Assembly: GCA_964654465.1 (NCBI GenBank)
Contig: CAZZIO010000015.1
Span: 1 to 57,888, forward strand
Direction: 5' to 3'
DNA: 57,888 nucleotides
Origin: an uncultured Dictyoglomota bacterium
GTDB lineage: Bacteria > Dictyoglomota > Dictyoglomia > Dictyoglomales > Dictyoglomaceae
The stretch's first letter is position 1. Every line of letters starts with the position of its first letter. Made by a program: the position numbers and the translations under genes. A model generated the notes under the pieces. That model ran no database searches. It was not told the DNA's origin and saw only the letters and a list, made by a program, of their open reading frames with translations. This document shows, piece after piece, positions 29,629 through 41,902 of this stretch.

Positions 29629-30873
29629 TTAATTCTCCTTTCTATAAATTGGAAATTGCTTGCAAAGCTCTTCTACTTCACTTTTTACCTTTTCCTTTAC
29701 TTTATCGTCCTTTATGTTTGATAAAACCTCATGAATAAGTCTCGCAATATATCTCATTTCACCTTCTTTCATACCTCTTGTAGTTAAAGCTGGTGTACCA
29801 ATTCTTATACCACTTGTAACAGTAGGCGGTTGAGGATCAAAGGGTATTGAATTTTTATTCACAGTAATACCAGCTTCTTCTAATGCTTTTTCAGCTTCTT
29901 TTCCAGTAATACCCTTATCTCTCAAATCTACTAACATGAGATGATTATCAGTACCACCACTTACCAATCTATATCCAAGTCTCATAAGTTCATCAGCAAG
30001 AGCTTTAGCATTAAATATAATTTGCCTTTGATACTCTTTAAACTCAGGAGACATAGCCTCTTTAAATGCTACAGCTTTGGCTGCAATTACATGCATAAGA
30101 GGACCACCTTGAATACCTGGAAATATAGCCTTATCAATCTCCTTTGCAAACTCTTTTTTACAAAGGATAAAACCTCCTCTTGGCCCTCTTAAAGTTTTAT
30201 GAGTAGTACTTGTAACAAATTGAGCATAAGGGACAGGAGATGGATGCAACCCTGCAGCAATCAGCCCTGCAATATGTGCCATATCAACCATAAGATAAGC
30301 ACCTACATCCTCTGCTATACTTGAAAATTTTTCAAAATCAATAATACGAGGATACGCACTTGCCCCAGCAACAATAAGTTTTGGCTTTACTTCCTTTGCC
30401 AAATTCCAAACAGCATCATAATTTATTCTCTCAGTGTCTTTATCTACTCCATAAAAATAAAAATTAAAAAATTTACCAGAAAAATTTACAGGACTTCCAT
30501 GAGTTAAGTGTCCCCCATGTGCCAAATTCATACCTAAAACCTTGTCTCCAGGATTTAACACTACAAAATAAACAGCCATATTTGCTTGACTTCCAGAATG
30601 AGGTTGAACATTTGCATGCTCAGCACCATAAATAGCCTTTACTCTTTCTCTTGCTATATCCTCTACCCTATCCATATAAAGACAACCACCATAATATCTT
30701 TTTCCAGGATAACCTTCAGCATACTTGTTAGTAAGAACAGAACCTTGAGCCTCAAGAACAGCTCTACTTACAAAATTTTCAGAGGCTATAAGTTCTAAAT
30801 GATACTCCTCCCTATATTCTTCACCCCTTATTGCTTCATAAATTTCAGGATCTACATTAGGTAAGTACTTCAC
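29629..30873 (-). CDS. glyA: Serine hydroxymethyltransferase
   Basis: [29 protein letters not shown]. Confidence 0.97.
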   Translation of the reverse strand: MKYLPNVDPEIYEAIRGEEYREEYHLELIASENFVSRAVLEAQGSVLTNKYAEGYPGKRYYGGCLYMDRVEDIARERVKAIYGAEHANVQPHSGSQANMAVYFVVLNPGDKVLGMNLAHGGHLTHGSPVNFSGKFFNFYFYGVDKDTERINYDAVWNLAKEVKPKLIVAGASAYPRIIDFEKFSSIAEDVGAYLMVDMAHIAGLIAAGLHPSPVPYAQFVTSTTHKTLRGPRGGFILCKKEFAKEIDKAIFPGIQGGPLMHVIAAKAVAFKEAMSPEFKEYQRQIIFNAKALADELMRLGYRLVSGGTDNHLMLVDLRDKGITGKEAEKALEEAGITVNKNSIPFDPQPPTVTSGIRIGTPALTTRGMKEGEMRYIARLIHEVLSNIKDDKVKEKVKSEVEELCKQFPIYRKEN

Positions 30874-31316
30874 AGCTCCTCCTCCTCAATCATAGATATT
30901 TTTTGAATTCTTAATTTATGTCTTCCACCAGTAAACTCAGAATTTAGCCATACTTTTACTATCTCCTTTGCCAAATCATAACCAAGGATTCTCCCTCCTA
31001 ATGCCAAAATGTTTGCATCATTATGTTCTCTACTTAATTTTGCCTCATAAGGATCTCTACATAAAGCAGCTCTTATACCTTTTACTTTGTTAGCTACAAT
31101 ACTCATACCTATACCTGTACCACAAATTAATATACCTTTTTCAAAACCCCCTCTTGCCACAGCCCTTGCTACTAATATCCCATAATCAGGATAATCTGTT
31201 CTTTCTGCCGAATAAGTTCCAAAATCATGATAACTAATATTCCATTCTTCTAACCATTTTTTTAATTCTTCTTTTAATAAATATCCTGCATGATCAGCCC
31301 CAATTGCAATCTTCAT
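30870..31316 (-). CDS. rpiB: Ribose-5-phosphate isomerase B
   Basis: [33 protein letters not shown]. Confidence 0.95.
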   Translation of the reverse strand: MKIAIGADHAGYLLKEELKKWLEEWNISYHDFGTYSAERTDYPDYGILVARAVARGGFEKGILICGTGIGMSIVANKVKGIRAALCRDPYEAKLSREHNDANILALGGRILGYDLAKEIVKVWLNSEFTGGRHKLRIQKISMIEEEEL

Positions 31317-31753
31317 AGATCTACCCTCACCATCATATTTTTGATTAAGTTTTTTAATTCTTTTTCTATCTTATTACGAACTTCTCTATACGTCTCTATA
31401 TCTTTACCATATGGATCCAAAATATCTTCATCACTTAGAGTAGATATTTTGTAGCTATATTTAGGATAAACACTTTTTAAAATCTCAGCTTGTTCTTTTG
31501 TCATAGTAAAAACACAATTAGCTCTTTCCATGAGTTCATTATCTATTTTTTTAGAAGAATGATTTGTAATATCAACACCTATCTCTTTCATTACTTCTTG
31601 AGAATATATAGATGCCTTATTTCCTTCCAAAGCAAATATACCTGCCGAGGAAACTTCAATTTCTATATCATACTCTTTAATAAGCTTACGAAAAAGATAT
31701 TCTGCCATTGGACTTCTACAAGTATTTCCTGTACAAACGAATAATATCATCAC
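31313..31753 (-). CDS. ywlE: Low-molecular-weight protein arginine phosphatase (YwlE type)
   Basis: CTGNTCRS P-loop with Thr, DPYG; sua5-ywlE-rpiB-glyA synteny. Confidence 0.85.
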   Translation of the reverse strand: MMILFVCTGNTCRSPMAEYLFRKLIKEYDIEIEVSSAGIFALEGNKASIYSQEVMKEIGVDITNHSSKKIDNELMERANCVFTMTKEQAEILKSVYPKYSYKISTLSDEDILDPYGKDIETYREVRNKIEKELKNLIKNMMVRVDL

Positions 31754-32766
31754 TATTTATCACCTGCTGCTCTCTTTAGTCTATCCATAATTGCAAGACC
31801 TATTCCCTCTTCTGGATAAGATTCCGCAAGAATAATATCAACTTCCTTCTCCAATCTTCGTAAGGAGGGAAATAAATTTAAAGCAATATTATATAGATCA
31901 GATCTACTTCCTATAACATAAATTTTAAGATCTTTTGGATAAACATCTTTGGTTTCTTCTGAAGCAAGAACTCCCACTTTTTTACCTTCCTTTATCCAAG
32001 ATTTTATTTTATTTTGCCATATTTCATTAAACTCTTCAATAATGTATAAAGGTACCTTAGGAGCATAATGTCTATATTTTAAGCCAGGAGAGGGAATATC
32101 TTCTTTTTTTACTTCTTTCCAAAAAACTATTTTTTTCTTTAATACTTTCTCAATTTCTTCTTTTGGACATGCTCCAGGCCTATATAAAACAGGTGGATCA
32201 GTAGTTATATCCAAAACTGTAGATTCTACTCCAAAACTTACATCTCCCCCATCAATTATTAAATCAACCTTATCTCCTAAATCCTCAAGAACGTGTTCAG
32301 CCTTAGTAGGACTTGGTCTTCCGGAAGCATTTGCAGAAGGAGCAGCTATTGGCCGTCCAAAAAGATTTAGAAGGGTTAAAGCAACCTTATTTTGAGGTTC
32401 TCTTATACCCACTTTGGGACTTCCACCTGTAACTATATCACTAACTATAGGTGATTTATAGAAAATTAAAGTTAATGGCCCTGGCCAAAAAGCTTCCATT
32501 AATCTCTCAGCATCAGGTGGAACATCATCCACAAGACTATAGACTTGCTCCATATTTCCTACATGAACAATAATGGGATTATCAGGTGGCCTACCTTTAG
32601 CTTCAAAAATTCTTCTAACAGCCTCTTCATTCAAAGCATCAGCCCCAAGACCATAGACAGTCTCTGTAGGAAAAGCCACAAGACCACCTCTTCTTAATAC
32701 TTCAATCGCTATATTTAAAATCTTTTCATCTGGATTGTTTCTATCTACCTTAATTATTTCCACCAT
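31753..32766 (-). CDS. sua5: L-threonylcarbamoyladenylate synthase, Sua5 type
   Basis: FPTETVYGLG, KGRPPDNP, APSANASGRPSPT, SPGLKYRHYAP. Confidence 0.94.
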   Translation of the reverse strand: MVEIIKVDRNNPDEKILNIAIEVLRRGGLVAFPTETVYGLGADALNEEAVRRIFEAKGRPPDNPIIVHVGNMEQVYSLVDDVPPDAERLMEAFWPGPLTLIFYKSPIVSDIVTGGSPKVGIREPQNKVALTLLNLFGRPIAAPSANASGRPSPTKAEHVLEDLGDKVDLIIDGGDVSFGVESTVLDITTDPPVLYRPGACPKEEIEKVLKKKIVFWKEVKKEDIPSPGLKYRHYAPKVPLYIIEEFNEIWQNKIKSWIKEGKKVGVLASEETKDVYPKDLKIYVIGSRSDLYNIALNLFPSLRRLEKEVDIILAESYPEEGIGLAIMDRLKRAAGDK

Positions 32767-33599
32767 ATTAATTTGATCACTCTATTCTTTTGGGAAAGAT
32801 CTTTGTATACATGAAATTCAAACTTAAGAAAGGTTCTTTTAATCAATTTTACTAAATTGTCATAAATAAACGGTGAAATTTCAAAAATAAATACACCTTT
32901 ATCCATCTTTTTCAAGTCCTTAATAATATTCTCATAAAAAACACAACCATTCCAACCACCATAAAGAGACTCCCAAGGCTCTCTTTTAACTTCCTTTTGA
33001 AGAAAAGGCATTTCCCAAGAAGCAATATATGGTGGATTACTTAATATTAAATCAAATTGTAAATTTCTCATGATAATAGGGTGTAGATAAGGTCCTAAGA
33101 AGAATTTAATCTTATCTATAACCCCATATTTTTGAGCATTAATTTTTGCAAATTTTAGAGCAAAAGGTGATATATCACACGCATAAACAGTGAGATTGTC
33201 AATTTTCTTAGCTAACGTTACTGCTAAATTACCACTACCTACCCCGATGTCAACAATTTTTTTTGAAGAATAACTTTTGATAGTATCAATAGTCACATCT
33301 ACTAATAATTCCGTTTCATTTCTCGGTATCAAAACCCCTTTATCTGTAAAGAACTCATAATCATAAAAAAATTTTTTCTTAAGGATATAACTTATAGGTA
33401 TTCCTTTTTTCCTTAAACCTAATAGTTTTTTAATCTCCTTTACCTTTTCTTCTTCAATAAAATCTACCGTATAAATAAAGCTTCTATCTTTATTTAGAAC
33501 GTAGGATATAAGTAATTCAGCCTCCAAATATGCAGAATCTGGATCTATGTCTTCTAATTCTCTTTTTAACCAAAATAATACTTCTCTAAGAGCCTGCAC
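32754..33599 (-). CDS. prmC: Release factor glutamine methyltransferase
   Basis: [21 protein letters not shown]; follows prfA. Confidence 0.92.
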   Translation of the reverse strand: MQALREVLFWLKRELEDIDPDSAYLEAELLISYVLNKDRSFIYTVDFIEEEKVKEIKKLLGLRKKGIPISYILKKKFFYDYEFFTDKGVLIPRNETELLVDVTIDTIKSYSSKKIVDIGVGSGNLAVTLAKKIDNLTVYACDISPFALKFAKINAQKYGVIDKIKFFLGPYLHPIIMRNLQFDLILSNPPYIASWEMPFLQKEVKREPWESLYGGWNGCVFYENIIKDLKKMDKGVFIFEISPFIYDNLVKLIKRTFLKFEFHVYKDLSQKNRVIKLIWWK

Positions 33600-34689
33600 T
33601 TACTTCTTCAAAAAGTTTTTTAATTTGCTCTTCTTTTTCAGCAAGGATGAGCCTATCTATAAACTCATCCAGCTCTCCTGATAACACTTCTTCTAATTGG
33701 AAAGATGAATAATTTATTCTGTGATCTGTAACTCTTCTTTGTGGAAAATTATATGTTCTTATCTTTTCACTTCTTTCCCCACTTCCTACTTGAGCTCTTC
33801 TTTGAGAAGCGATCTCATTTTCTTTTTCCTTTTGATAGTATTCATACAATCTTGCTCTAAGAACTTTCATGGCCTTTTCTCTATTTTGATGCTGAGATCT
33901 CTCGTCTTGACATTGAACCACAATTCCAGATGGTATATGGGTTATTCTTACTCCTGATTCTGTCTTATTTACATGTTGTCCTCCTGCCCCACCAGATCTA
34001 AAAGTCTCAATCCTAAGATCCTTAGGATCAATTTCTATTTCCACTTCCTCCATTTCAGGAAGAACCGCAACAGTAGCGGTAGATGTATGAATTCTTCCAC
34101 TTGACTCAGTCACAGGTACTCTCTGAACTCTATGCACTCCACTCTCAAATTTGAGCCTACTATAAGCACCTTTACCTTCAACAATAAATATAATCTCTTT
34201 ATAACCCCCAAGTCCTGTTGGGTTAGAACTCACAATATCTACCTTCCATCCCTTCTTCTGGGCATATCCAATATACATTCTAAAAAGATCTGCAGCGAAA
34301 AGGGCAGCCTCCTCTCCTCCAGCTCCTGCTCTTATCTCCATAATAATGTTTTTCTCATCATTAGGATCCTTAGGCAAAAGAGCAGATTTTAATTCAAACT
34401 CCTTTTGTTCAATCTTTCTTTCTATTTCTTCCAATTCCATCTCAGCTAAATTTCTAATCTCTTCATCATTTTCTTCTCTTAATACTTCTTCTAAATCTTC
34501 TTTTTCCTTCAATAATTTTTTATAATCTCTAAAATTCTCTACTATTTCCGTAATTTTTGCTCTTTCTTTAAGAAGATTCTGGTATTTGTTAAAATCATTA
34601 ATTACCTCCTGTTGAGCTAAGAGATCCTCAATCTCATTAAATCTTTTTTCTATTTCTTCTAATTTTTCAATCACTATATCTTGAAGCAT
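33586..34689 (-). CDS. prfA: Peptide chain release factor 1
   Basis: PVT specificity motif, GAGGQHVN. Confidence 0.97.
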   Translation of the reverse strand: MLQDIVIEKLEEIEKRFNEIEDLLAQQEVINDFNKYQNLLKERAKITEIVENFRDYKKLLKEKEDLEEVLREENDEEIRNLAEMELEEIERKIEQKEFELKSALLPKDPNDEKNIIMEIRAGAGGEEAALFAADLFRMYIGYAQKKGWKVDIVSSNPTGLGGYKEIIFIVEGKGAYSRLKFESGVHRVQRVPVTESSGRIHTSTATVAVLPEMEEVEIEIDPKDLRIETFRSGGAGGQHVNKTESGVRITHIPSGIVVQCQDERSQHQNREKAMKVLRARLYEYYQKEKENEIASQRRAQVGSGERSEKIRTYNFPQRRVTDHRINYSSFQLEEVLSGELDEFIDRLILAEKEEQIKKLFEEVSAGS

Positions 34690-35551
34690 TTTCCTCCAGT
34701 GTCACCTCCTTTAAAGCTACAATTGCTGTTTCTAATTGCATATCATCTGGTTCTTTTGTTGTAAAATACTGCATCCATAACCCTGGTTTAAGCAAGATTT
34801 TCCAAAAAATAGAATCAATATGCTCAGATCCTAATTTTATTATCTCGTAAGATATACTAAAAATCAATGGGATAAGCAAAACTCTAGTAATAATTCTTAA
34901 AAGAAAAGGCTGTTTACCTAAAAAGGCAAAAATAACTATACTTACTATCATTACTACCAATAGAAAAGAGGTTCCACAGCGGGGATGAAAACGAGGATAT
35001 TTCCTGCAATTCTCAACTGTTAATTCTTCTCCTGCCTCATAACAGAATACCGTCTTATGTTCTGCACCATGATATTGGAAAACTCTATAGATTTCTTTTA
35101 TCTTACTTATTAAATAAAGATAAATTACAAAAATAGCTAATCTTATAATTCCCTCTAAAAGTCTCAAAATTATTAAAGAATTTATATATACCTCTATAGG
35201 TTTTAATATAAGAAGGGGTAAGACAATAAATAATGCAACAAAAAGAAGAAATCCTAAAACTAATGCAATACCTATCTCGGCATTACTGGTTGGTTTTTCA
35301 TCTTCCTCAAAAGCAATCGATGTGGAATAATTCAATGCTTTTATTCCCCAAAAGAGAGAATCCATTAAAACCATAAGACCTCTTAGTAAAGGTATTCTTG
35401 TCCAGTTTTTAAAAAAGGGCTGTAATCTCTCTTTCTTTACAATAATTTCTCCCTTTGGGTCTCTTACAGCAACAGCAATATCTATTCCCTTTCTCATCAT
35501 TACTCCCTCGTAAACTGCTTGTCCACCAACTAACTCTTTTTTATTCTTCAT
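34667..35551 (-). CDS. DUF1385 membrane protein (putative metal-dependent)
   Basis: [33 protein letters not shown]. Confidence 0.9.
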   Translation of the reverse strand: MKNKKELVGGQAVYEGVMMRKGIDIAVAVRDPKGEIIVKKERLQPFFKNWTRIPLLRGLMVLMDSLFWGIKALNYSTSIAFEEDEKPTSNAEIGIALVLGFLLFVALFIVLPLLILKPIEVYINSLIILRLLEGIIRLAIFVIYLYLISKIKEIYRVFQYHGAEHKTVFCYEAGEELTVENCRKYPRFHPRCGTSFLLVVMIVSIVIFAFLGKQPFLLRIITRVLLIPLIFSISYEIIKLGSEHIDSIFWKILLKPGLWMQYFTTKEPDDMQLETAIVALKEVTLEENASRYSD

Positions 35552-36137
35552 CTTTATCTCTCCTTAAAACTGTATGGCAATTTCTACATCTTGCTTCATA
35601 GCTTTCAAAAGCTCCTACTAAAATAATTGGATCGTCATAGTATGCAGGTTTTCCATTAATTATTCTTTGAGTTCTACTGGCTAAATTTCCACATTTCATA
35701 CAAATAGCATGAAGTTTATCAACGTATTCTGCTACTGCCATTAAATATGGCATAGGGCCAAAAGGTTCTCCTCTAAAATCCTGATCTAAACCTGCCACGA
35801 TAACCCTTTTCCCTTTATCTGCTAATCTCTGGCAAACTTTTACAATTCCCATATCAAAGAATTGTCCTTCTTCTATAGCTACAACCTGAGTATCCTCGTC
35901 TACATACTTTTCTATGTCTGCACTATTACTCACAGCTATCGCCTCTATCTTCAAACCTGTATGAGATGTTATATAATCTTTATCATATCTTGTATCTAAA
36001 CTGTGCTTAAAAACTTGCACTTTTTGTTTTGCAATTTGTGCTCTTCTAACTCTTCTAATTAACTCTTCACTTTTTCCACTATACATTCCTCCACAAATAA
36101 CCTCTATCCACCCTGAAGGCATATTCATAAATTCCAT
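35541..36137 (-). CDS. tdk: Thymidine kinase
   Basis: [29 protein letters not shown], CxxC pairs. Confidence 0.96.
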   Translation of the reverse strand: MEFMNMPSGWIEVICGGMYSGKSEELIRRVRRAQIAKQKVQVFKHSLDTRYDKDYITSHTGLKIEAIAVSNSADIEKYVDEDTQVVAIEEGQFFDMGIVKVCQRLADKGKRVIVAGLDQDFRGEPFGPMPYLMAVAEYVDKLHAICMKCGNLASRTQRIINGKPAYYDDPIILVGAFESYEARCRNCHTVLRRDKDEE

Positions 36138-36143
36138 AAATTA

Positions 36144-36800
36144 TCACCTTCTCTTAGGAATACAGCTCTTTCCCTCAGGACATGTACCTCTAAAACAAGA
36201 CGGTCCTGCATCTTCAAATATATTAGGTGCTACTTTTTTAACCAAATCTAACATTTCCCAAGCCATCTCCCTTATTTCCCATTGGGCAGAATTACATGTT
36301 CTTAACGTAAAAAAATGAAGTAGTTCTCTGGCATTCATAGTAACAATTATTTTAGATTCCACAGCTTGGGGTAATAGATATCTTGCATCCTCCTTAGGAA
36401 CTCCCATTTTTACAAGTTCCTCATAAGCATTAAAGGCTTTATCTAAAGTTTCTTTATATACTTTTTCCCTCTCCTTATCTATCAATATAGACTCAGGAAT
36501 TACATATTCTTGCCTTATTTTTACATACCTCTGACTTTGTTGTGAATAAGATGCAATCCTATGTCTCACTAACTGATGAGTAGTAACTCTTGATATACCT
36601 TCTATATAAAAAGTAAAATTAGCATGCTCAAATATGGAAAAATGTTGTAAGGTTTTTGCCTTTTTTAAAAGACGAGAAATCTCCTCAAGAGTTAGTTTTT
36701 CTTCCAACTCTTCAATATTTCCTTGATAATGACATAATCTCATAGCCAGAGCACATACTTTTTCGGGCTCTGGCGTATAAGCTATTAGTTTTACCCTCAA
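36144..36800 (-). CDS. thyX: Flavin-dependent thymidylate synthase
   Basis: SR..THQLVRHRIASYSQQSQRY, EDARYLLP, MNARELLHF, AQWEIR. Confidence 0.96.
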   Translation of the reverse strand: MRVKLIAYTPEPEKVCALAMRLCHYQGNIEELEEKLTLEEISRLLKKAKTLQHFSIFEHANFTFYIEGISRVTTHQLVRHRIASYSQQSQRYVKIRQEYVIPESILIDKEREKVYKETLDKAFNAYEELVKMGVPKEDARYLLPQAVESKIIVTMNARELLHFFTLRTCNSAQWEIREMAWEMLDLVKKVAPNIFEDAGPSCFRGTCPEGKSCIPKRR

Positions 36801-36802
36801 TT

Positions 36803-37009
36803 TTATTTAATTTCCCAATTATATTTTTTAGTAAATCTTTCTACTCTTCCCTCCGTATCCACAAATTTTCTTTGACCTGTAAAGAATGGATGGCATTTAG
36901 AGCATATTTCTACTGTCATATATTCCTTTGTTGATAAAGTCTCATAAACAGCCCCACATGCACATACTATCTTTGCTTTTTTCAATTCAGGATGAATACC
37001 TTTTTTCAT
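36803..37009 (-). CDS. rpmE: 50S ribosomal protein L31, zinc-binding type
   Basis: [21 protein letters not shown]. Confidence 0.97.
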   Translation of the reverse strand: MKKGIHPELKKAKIVCACGAVYETLSTKEYMTVEICSKCHPFFTGQRKFVDTEGRVERFTKKYNWEIK

Positions 37010-37059
37010 GTTTCCTCTCCTTTCTTTACTATAAAATTTCCAAATTTACATTCTGAAAA

Positions 37060-37068
37060 ATTATACCA
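37060..37068 (-). promoter_or_regulatory. Extended -10 promoter for the rpmE operon
   Basis: TGGTATAAT on the minus strand ~50 nt upstream of rpmE; no clear -35. Confidence 0.5.
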
Positions 37069-37078
37069 TAAAAATTAT

Positions 37079-37114
37079 AAGGAGGCAGAAAGAAAATCTT
37101 CCTGCCTCCTTTTT
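37079..37114 (-). terminator. Intrinsic terminator after spoVS
   Basis: 10-bp inverted repeat AAGGAGGCAG...CTGCCTCCTT just downstream of the spoVS stop, A/T-rich flanks. Confidence 0.7.
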
Positions 37115-37137
37115 ACTTACCTTTACTTCAATTTAAA

Positions 37138-37401
37138 TTAACGAGGCTCAACTATAAAACGGATGGCTGTTCTTTCTTCTCCATCAATTTGTACATCAGT
37201 AAATGCAGGAATACAAATTAAGTCAATGCCACTTGGAGCTACATAACCCCTGGTAATAGCAATTGCTTTAACTGCTTGGTTGACAGCTCCAGCACCAATT
37301 ACTTGGATCTCAGCACGTCCCTTTTCACGAATTACACCTGCTAATGCACCAGCTACTGCATTAGGATTAGATTTAGCGGAAACTTTTAATACTTCTACCA
37401 T
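37138..37401 (-). CDS. spoVS: SpoVS family protein (start ATG 37401)
   Basis: EVLKVSAKSNPNAVAGALA, IGAGAVNQAVKAIAI; SD AAGGAGG. Confidence 0.95.
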   Translation of the reverse strand: MVEVLKVSAKSNPNAVAGALAGVIREKGRAEIQVIGAGAVNQAVKAIAITRGYVAPSGIDLICIPAFTDVQIDGEERTAIRFIVEPR

Positions 37402-37447
37402 AAACCTACCTCCTTTATATGTTCTTCCCATGGCAGACTTTTAAATT

Positions 37448-38233
37448 TTAAATTTCTCCCCTCCTTTGTAACCTGATAATGTTTTTTGTCTTTCCATTTA
37501 CTTCTTCTACCTCTATAATCACCCCTTCCACTTTAAAAAGTCCTTTTTCTGGTACATCAAATTTTTGAGGTATTTGGAGAAGAAATTTCTTAAGAACAGC
37601 CTCCTTATCTACACCTAATATAGAATCGTAAGCCCCACACATACCTAAATCAGATATATAACCAGTTCCCCCTGGGAGAATTTTCTCATCAGCTGTCTGA
37701 ACATGTGTATGTGTACCTACTACTGCTGTTACTCTTCCATCTAAAAAATATCCCATAGCTATCTTCTCAGACGTTGCTTCAGCATGCATATCCACTACTA
37801 TTATTTTAGTATCTTTTTCCATTTCTTCAACTATATTATGCACTACTGTAAACGGATTTTCAATAGGTTCCATAAAAATACGTCCTTGTATATTAATTAT
37901 ACCAATTTTTTTGCCATAATATGAGACTGTAATATAGCCTCTACCAGGAACTCCCGAAGGATAATTAGCAGGTCTTAATACTCTCTCGTAATTCTCTAAA
38001 ACAGAGATCCCTTCTTTTTTATCCCAAATATGATTACCACTTGTAAAAGCATCTATACCATAATCCATTAATTCTTTCAAAACACTTTCAGTAATACCAA
38101 ATCCGGTAGCAGCATTTTCAATATTTGCAATTGTAAAATCAATTCCATATTCTTTTTTAATTTGAGGGAGAAGAAGCCCTACACCTCTTCTCCCTATTTT
38201 TCCTACTATATCACCAAGTATAAGAATATTCAT
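37448..38233 (-). CDS. ymdB: YmdB family metallophosphoesterase
   Basis: GDIVG, TSGNHIWD, RPANYP, DMHAEATSEK, GTHTHVQTAD. Confidence 0.94.
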   Translation of the reverse strand: MNILILGDIVGKIGRRGVGLLLPQIKKEYGIDFTIANIENAATGFGITESVLKELMDYGIDAFTSGNHIWDKKEGISVLENYERVLRPANYPSGVPGRGYITVSYYGKKIGIINIQGRIFMEPIENPFTVVHNIVEEMEKDTKIIVVDMHAEATSEKIAMGYFLDGRVTAVVGTHTHVQTADEKILPGGTGYISDLGMCGAYDSILGVDKEAVLKKFLLQIPQKFDVPEKGLFKVEGVIIEVEEVNGKTKNIIRLQRRGEI

Positions 38234-38236
38234 AAC

Positions 38237-39745
38237 TTATTTTGCGTACTCTACAGCCCTTGTTTCTCTTATTACAGTAACTTTTATTTGACCAGGATAT
38301 TCCATTTCTTTCTCAATTTTTTTAGCAATCTGATAAGCTAATCTAGTAGCTGTCAAATCATCAACTTCTTCAGGGCTTACTAACACTCTAACTTCTCTTC
38401 CTGCCTGAATGGCATAAGCCTTTTCTACACCAGGAAATGACATAGCTATCTCCTCAAGCTTTTCCAGTCTCTTTATGTAAATTTCTATGCTTTCTCTTCT
38501 TGATCCAGGCCTTACTGCAGAGATACTATCCGCTACTTGAATTATAACATCTAAAGTCTTAATAAGAGGAATCTCTTCATGATGAGCTGCTACTGCATGG
38601 ATCACATCTGGATGCTCTCCATATCTCTTTAAAAGATCAGCTCCTAAGGTTGCATGCGATCCCTCAACCTCATAATCTATAGCTTTTCCTATATCATGTA
38701 AAAGCCCAGCCCTCTTTGCTAAATTTACATCCGCATGTAATTCTGCAGCAATAATTGCTGCAATTTTTGCAACCTCAATTGAGTGCTGAAGAACATTTTG
38801 TCCATAACTGGATCTATAATAAAGTCTTCCTAAAACCCTTACTAAATCAGGATGTAAATTTTGAAGACCTACTTCTATTGAAGCTCTTTCTCCTTCCTCT
38901 CTTATCTTACTCTCTACTTCTTTTCTTGCTTTATTTACCATTTCTTCTATTCTTGCAGGATGAATTCTCCCATCTTTTACTAATCTTTCTAAGGCAATTC
39001 GAGCAATTTCTCTTCTTACTGGATCAAAGGAAGAAAGAACCACAGCCTCTGGAGTATCATCAATTATAAGATCTACACCTGTCAAAGTCTCAAAAGTTCT
39101 TATATTTCTTCCTTCTCTACCTATTATTCTTCCCTTCATTTCTTCACTGGGCAAACTAACAACAGATACTGTAGATTCCACAGTATGATCCACTGCACAT
39201 CTCTGAATTGCTTCCGTTAAAATCTCTCGAGCCTTTTCATCTGCTATCTCCTTATATTTTGCCTCTGCTTCTTTTATCCTCATAGCTATATCTCTTTGTA
39301 ATTCTTCTTCCACCTTCTTGAGAATAATATCACGAGCTTCTTCTCTACTCATCTGAGCAACCTTTTGAAGCTCCATAAATGCTTCTTCTTCCAATTTCTT
39401 TAGATTTTCGAGTTTTTTATCTATTTCTCTTTCTTTATTGGAGAGAATTTCCTCTTTTCTCTCTAAATTTTCTTCTCTTTGAAGAATTCTCTTCTCCAAA
39501 TTGAAAAGCTCTTGTCTTCTTTCCTTAATTTCCCTTTCAGTCTCAGACCTTAATTTAAAAATTTCTTCTTTAGCTTCTAATAAAGCAGTTCTTTTCCTTT
39601 CTTCTGCTTCCTCTTCAGCCTTTTTAACTATCTCCTCTGCTCTCTTTTCTGCGACTTGTATTGTTTTTTGCTCAATATTTTTCCTTATAAGATACCCGAG
39701 ACCAACTCCTATAATAAGTGTGATTAAAGCTATTAATATGCTAAT
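38237..39745 (-). CDS. rny: Ribonuclease Y (extended to a probable ATT start at 39745)
   Basis: KH ([13 protein letters not shown]) and HD (LLHDIGK) domains; frame open upstream of 39499 through the coiled coil and TM anchor [21 protein letters not shown]. Confidence 0.93.
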   Translation of the reverse strand: MSILIALITLIIGVGLGYLIRKNIEQKTIQVAEKRAEEIVKKAEEEAEERKRTALLEAKEEIFKLRSETEREIKERRQELFNLEKRILQREENLERKEEILSNKEREIDKKLENLKKLEEEAFMELQKVAQMSREEARDIILKKVEEELQRDIAMRIKEAEAKYKEIADEKAREILTEAIQRCAVDHTVESTVSVVSLPSEEMKGRIIGREGRNIRTFETLTGVDLIIDDTPEAVVLSSFDPVRREIARIALERLVKDGRIHPARIEEMVNKARKEVESKIREEGERASIEVGLQNLHPDLVRVLGRLYYRSSYGQNVLQHSIEVAKIAAIIAAELHADVNLAKRAGLLHDIGKAIDYEVEGSHATLGADLLKRYGEHPDVIHAVAAHHEEIPLIKTLDVIIQVADSISAVRPGSRRESIEIYIKRLEKLEEIAMSFPGVEKAYAIQAGREVRVLVSPEEVDDLTATRLAYQIAKKIEKEMEYPGQIKVTVIRETRAVEYAK

Positions 39746-40805
39746 TTGAATTCACCTCCTTCCATTTTTCAAGCTCTTTTTCTAATTCCAAAATTGCTTT
39801 TTCCCATGTTGTCTCCTTTACTATCTTACCATACTTAAAAATTATAACTCTTTTATTTGAGCCTGCAATTCCTATATCTGCCCATTTCGCTTCACCAGGA
39901 CCATTTACTTCACATCCCATTACAGCTATCGTTATATCTAATGGAAAATCCTTAAATCTTTTTTCTATTTCTTTAGCTACTTTTTCTACTGGAAAATGAG
40001 CTCTTGCACACATGGGACACGAAATAACTTTTATACCTCTTTGCCTTAATTCTAAGCTTTCCAATATATGGTATGCTACTTCTACTTCTTTTTCTGGAGA
40101 AGCAGAAAGAGAAACCCTAATTGTATCACCAATACCCTCATAAAGTAAGATACCAATTCCTACTGCGGACCTAACACTTCCTGGAACAAGTGTACCAGCT
40201 TCTGTTATTCCTATATGGAGAGGATATTTTACTTGGGAAGAAAGTAGCTTATAAGCCTGTATAGTCAAAGGAACAGATGAAGATTTAACAGACACAACTA
40301 TATCAGTGAAATCATTCTCCTCTAATAATCTAATCTCATTTAAAACGCTCTCTACCAATGCCTCAGGAGTAACTCCACCATATTTTTCAAGAATCTCCCT
40401 GCTCAAAGAACCAGCATTACTACCTACTCTTATTGGTACGCCTCTTGCTTTTGCTTCCTTTGCTATTAAAGATATATATTTAGGATTCTTAATATTACCT
40501 GGATTTATTCTCAATTTGTCTGCCCCTTGCTCCAAAGCTATTAAAGCAAGTCTATAATCAAAGTGTATATCAGCAATAATAGGAATAGGGCTCTTTTTCT
40601 TTATCTTTCCCAGAGCTAAAGCTGAGTCTTTATCAGGTATTCCTAACCTTACTAACTCACAACCCTTCTTAGCCAATCTTCTAATTTGTCTAAGAGTAGA
40701 CTTAACATCTACTGTAGGAGTCTTAGTCATAGACTGTACTCTTACAGGATTATCTCCACCAATCTCTACATTTCCTACTTTTACTACCCTTGTTCCTCTT
40801 CCCAT
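39741..40805 (-). CDS. ispG: HMBPP synthase
   Basis: [44 protein letters not shown]. Confidence 0.96.
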   Translation of the reverse strand: MGRGTRVVKVGNVEIGGDNPVRVQSMTKTPTVDVKSTLRQIRRLAKKGCELVRLGIPDKDSALALGKIKKKSPIPIIADIHFDYRLALIALEQGADKLRINPGNIKNPKYISLIAKEAKARGVPIRVGSNAGSLSREILEKYGGVTPEALVESVLNEIRLLEENDFTDIVVSVKSSSVPLTIQAYKLLSSQVKYPLHIGITEAGTLVPGSVRSAVGIGILLYEGIGDTIRVSLSASPEKEVEVAYHILESLELRQRGIKVISCPMCARAHFPVEKVAKEIEKRFKDFPLDITIAVMGCEVNGPGEAKWADIGIAGSNKRVIIFKYGKIVKETTWEKAILELEKELEKWKEVNSN

Positions 40806-41851
40806 CACTTTCTAAGTCTTAACACATCAAAGAAAGTAATAATGATCATGAGAAATAAGAGAATTAGTAGACCTATCCAATGTACTATTTCTTCTTTTTT
40901 AGTTTCAATAGGCTTTCCCCTTATTTTCTCAAGAATAATAAACAATATCCTACCTCCATCTAAAGCAGGAAATGGAATTAAGTTAAATATCCCCAGTTGT
41001 ACACTTAACAGTGCTGTAAAATTAAGATAATATACAAGCCCTAAAGAAGCTACTTCTCCCGTCATCTTGGCAATACCAATCGGACCTGAAACTGATATCC
41101 CTTGAGCTCCTGTAAAAAGTGCTTTTAATACAAAGAAAATAAGCAAAAAAGCATTGATTAGCATAGCAAATCCATTTTTCAGTGCTAATGTTATAGGATA
41201 TCTCTTAGGGATTGATCTAAAGACAATACCTATAATACCTCCCTTTCTCTCCTCATCCCATTGAGGTATAACCCTTAAAGTAATTAGTTTACCATCTCTT
41301 TCCACATCCACTGTTATTTCTTTTCTATCATTAGGGCTTTTTATAGATTTTGTAATAAGATTTACTGCATCCTCTATTTTTTCTATTTTTATACCTTCTA
41401 TCGAGATAATTTTATCACCTGGTAGAAAACCTGCCATTTGAGCTGGTTTACCTTCTACTACTCTATCAATTATAGGTATAGGTTGAGGAATTCCAATTAA
41501 AAAAATACTTACAAATAAAAGAAAAGCAACCAAAAAATTAAAAAAGGCTCCTGCAAAAAGTATTAAGAAGCGTTGCCATGGAGCCTTTTTATAGAATTTT
41601 CTTTCTTCTGGAACCTCCTCTTCTATTGGTAACTCTAAATCATCAACACCAGCCATTTTCACAAAACCACCAATAGGAATCAACCTCAATACAAATTTAG
41701 TCTCTTTACCTTTGTATTCATAAAGCTTAGGGCCAAAACCAATAGCATATTCAAAAACCTTAACCCCAAAAAGTTTAGCTAATATAAAATGTCCAAGTTC
41801 ATGCGGTACAGTAAGTATAGCAAAAAGGACCAAAAACAAAATAATATCCAT
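40805..41851 (-). CDS. rseP: M50 intramembrane metalloprotease with one PDZ domain
   Basis: HELGH, GFGP, IPIGGFVKM, NLIPFPALDGG. Confidence 0.93.
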   Translation of the reverse strand: MDIILFLVLFAILTVPHELGHFILAKLFGVKVFEYAIGFGPKLYEYKGKETKFVLRLIPIGGFVKMAGVDDLELPIEEEVPEERKFYKKAPWQRFLILFAGAFFNFLVAFLLFVSIFLIGIPQPIPIIDRVVEGKPAQMAGFLPGDKIISIEGIKIEKIEDAVNLITKSIKSPNDRKEITVDVERDGKLITLRVIPQWDEERKGGIIGIVFRSIPKRYPITLALKNGFAMLINAFLLIFFVLKALFTGAQGISVSGPIGIAKMTGEVASLGLVYYLNFTALLSVQLGIFNLIPFPALDGGRILFIILEKIRGKPIETKKEEIVHWIGLLILLFLMIIITFFDVLRLRK

Positions 41852-41902
41852 CTATTTTTTCACTCCTTTTTTATCTCTTCTCCTAAAAATCTAAAATTCT
41901 AT

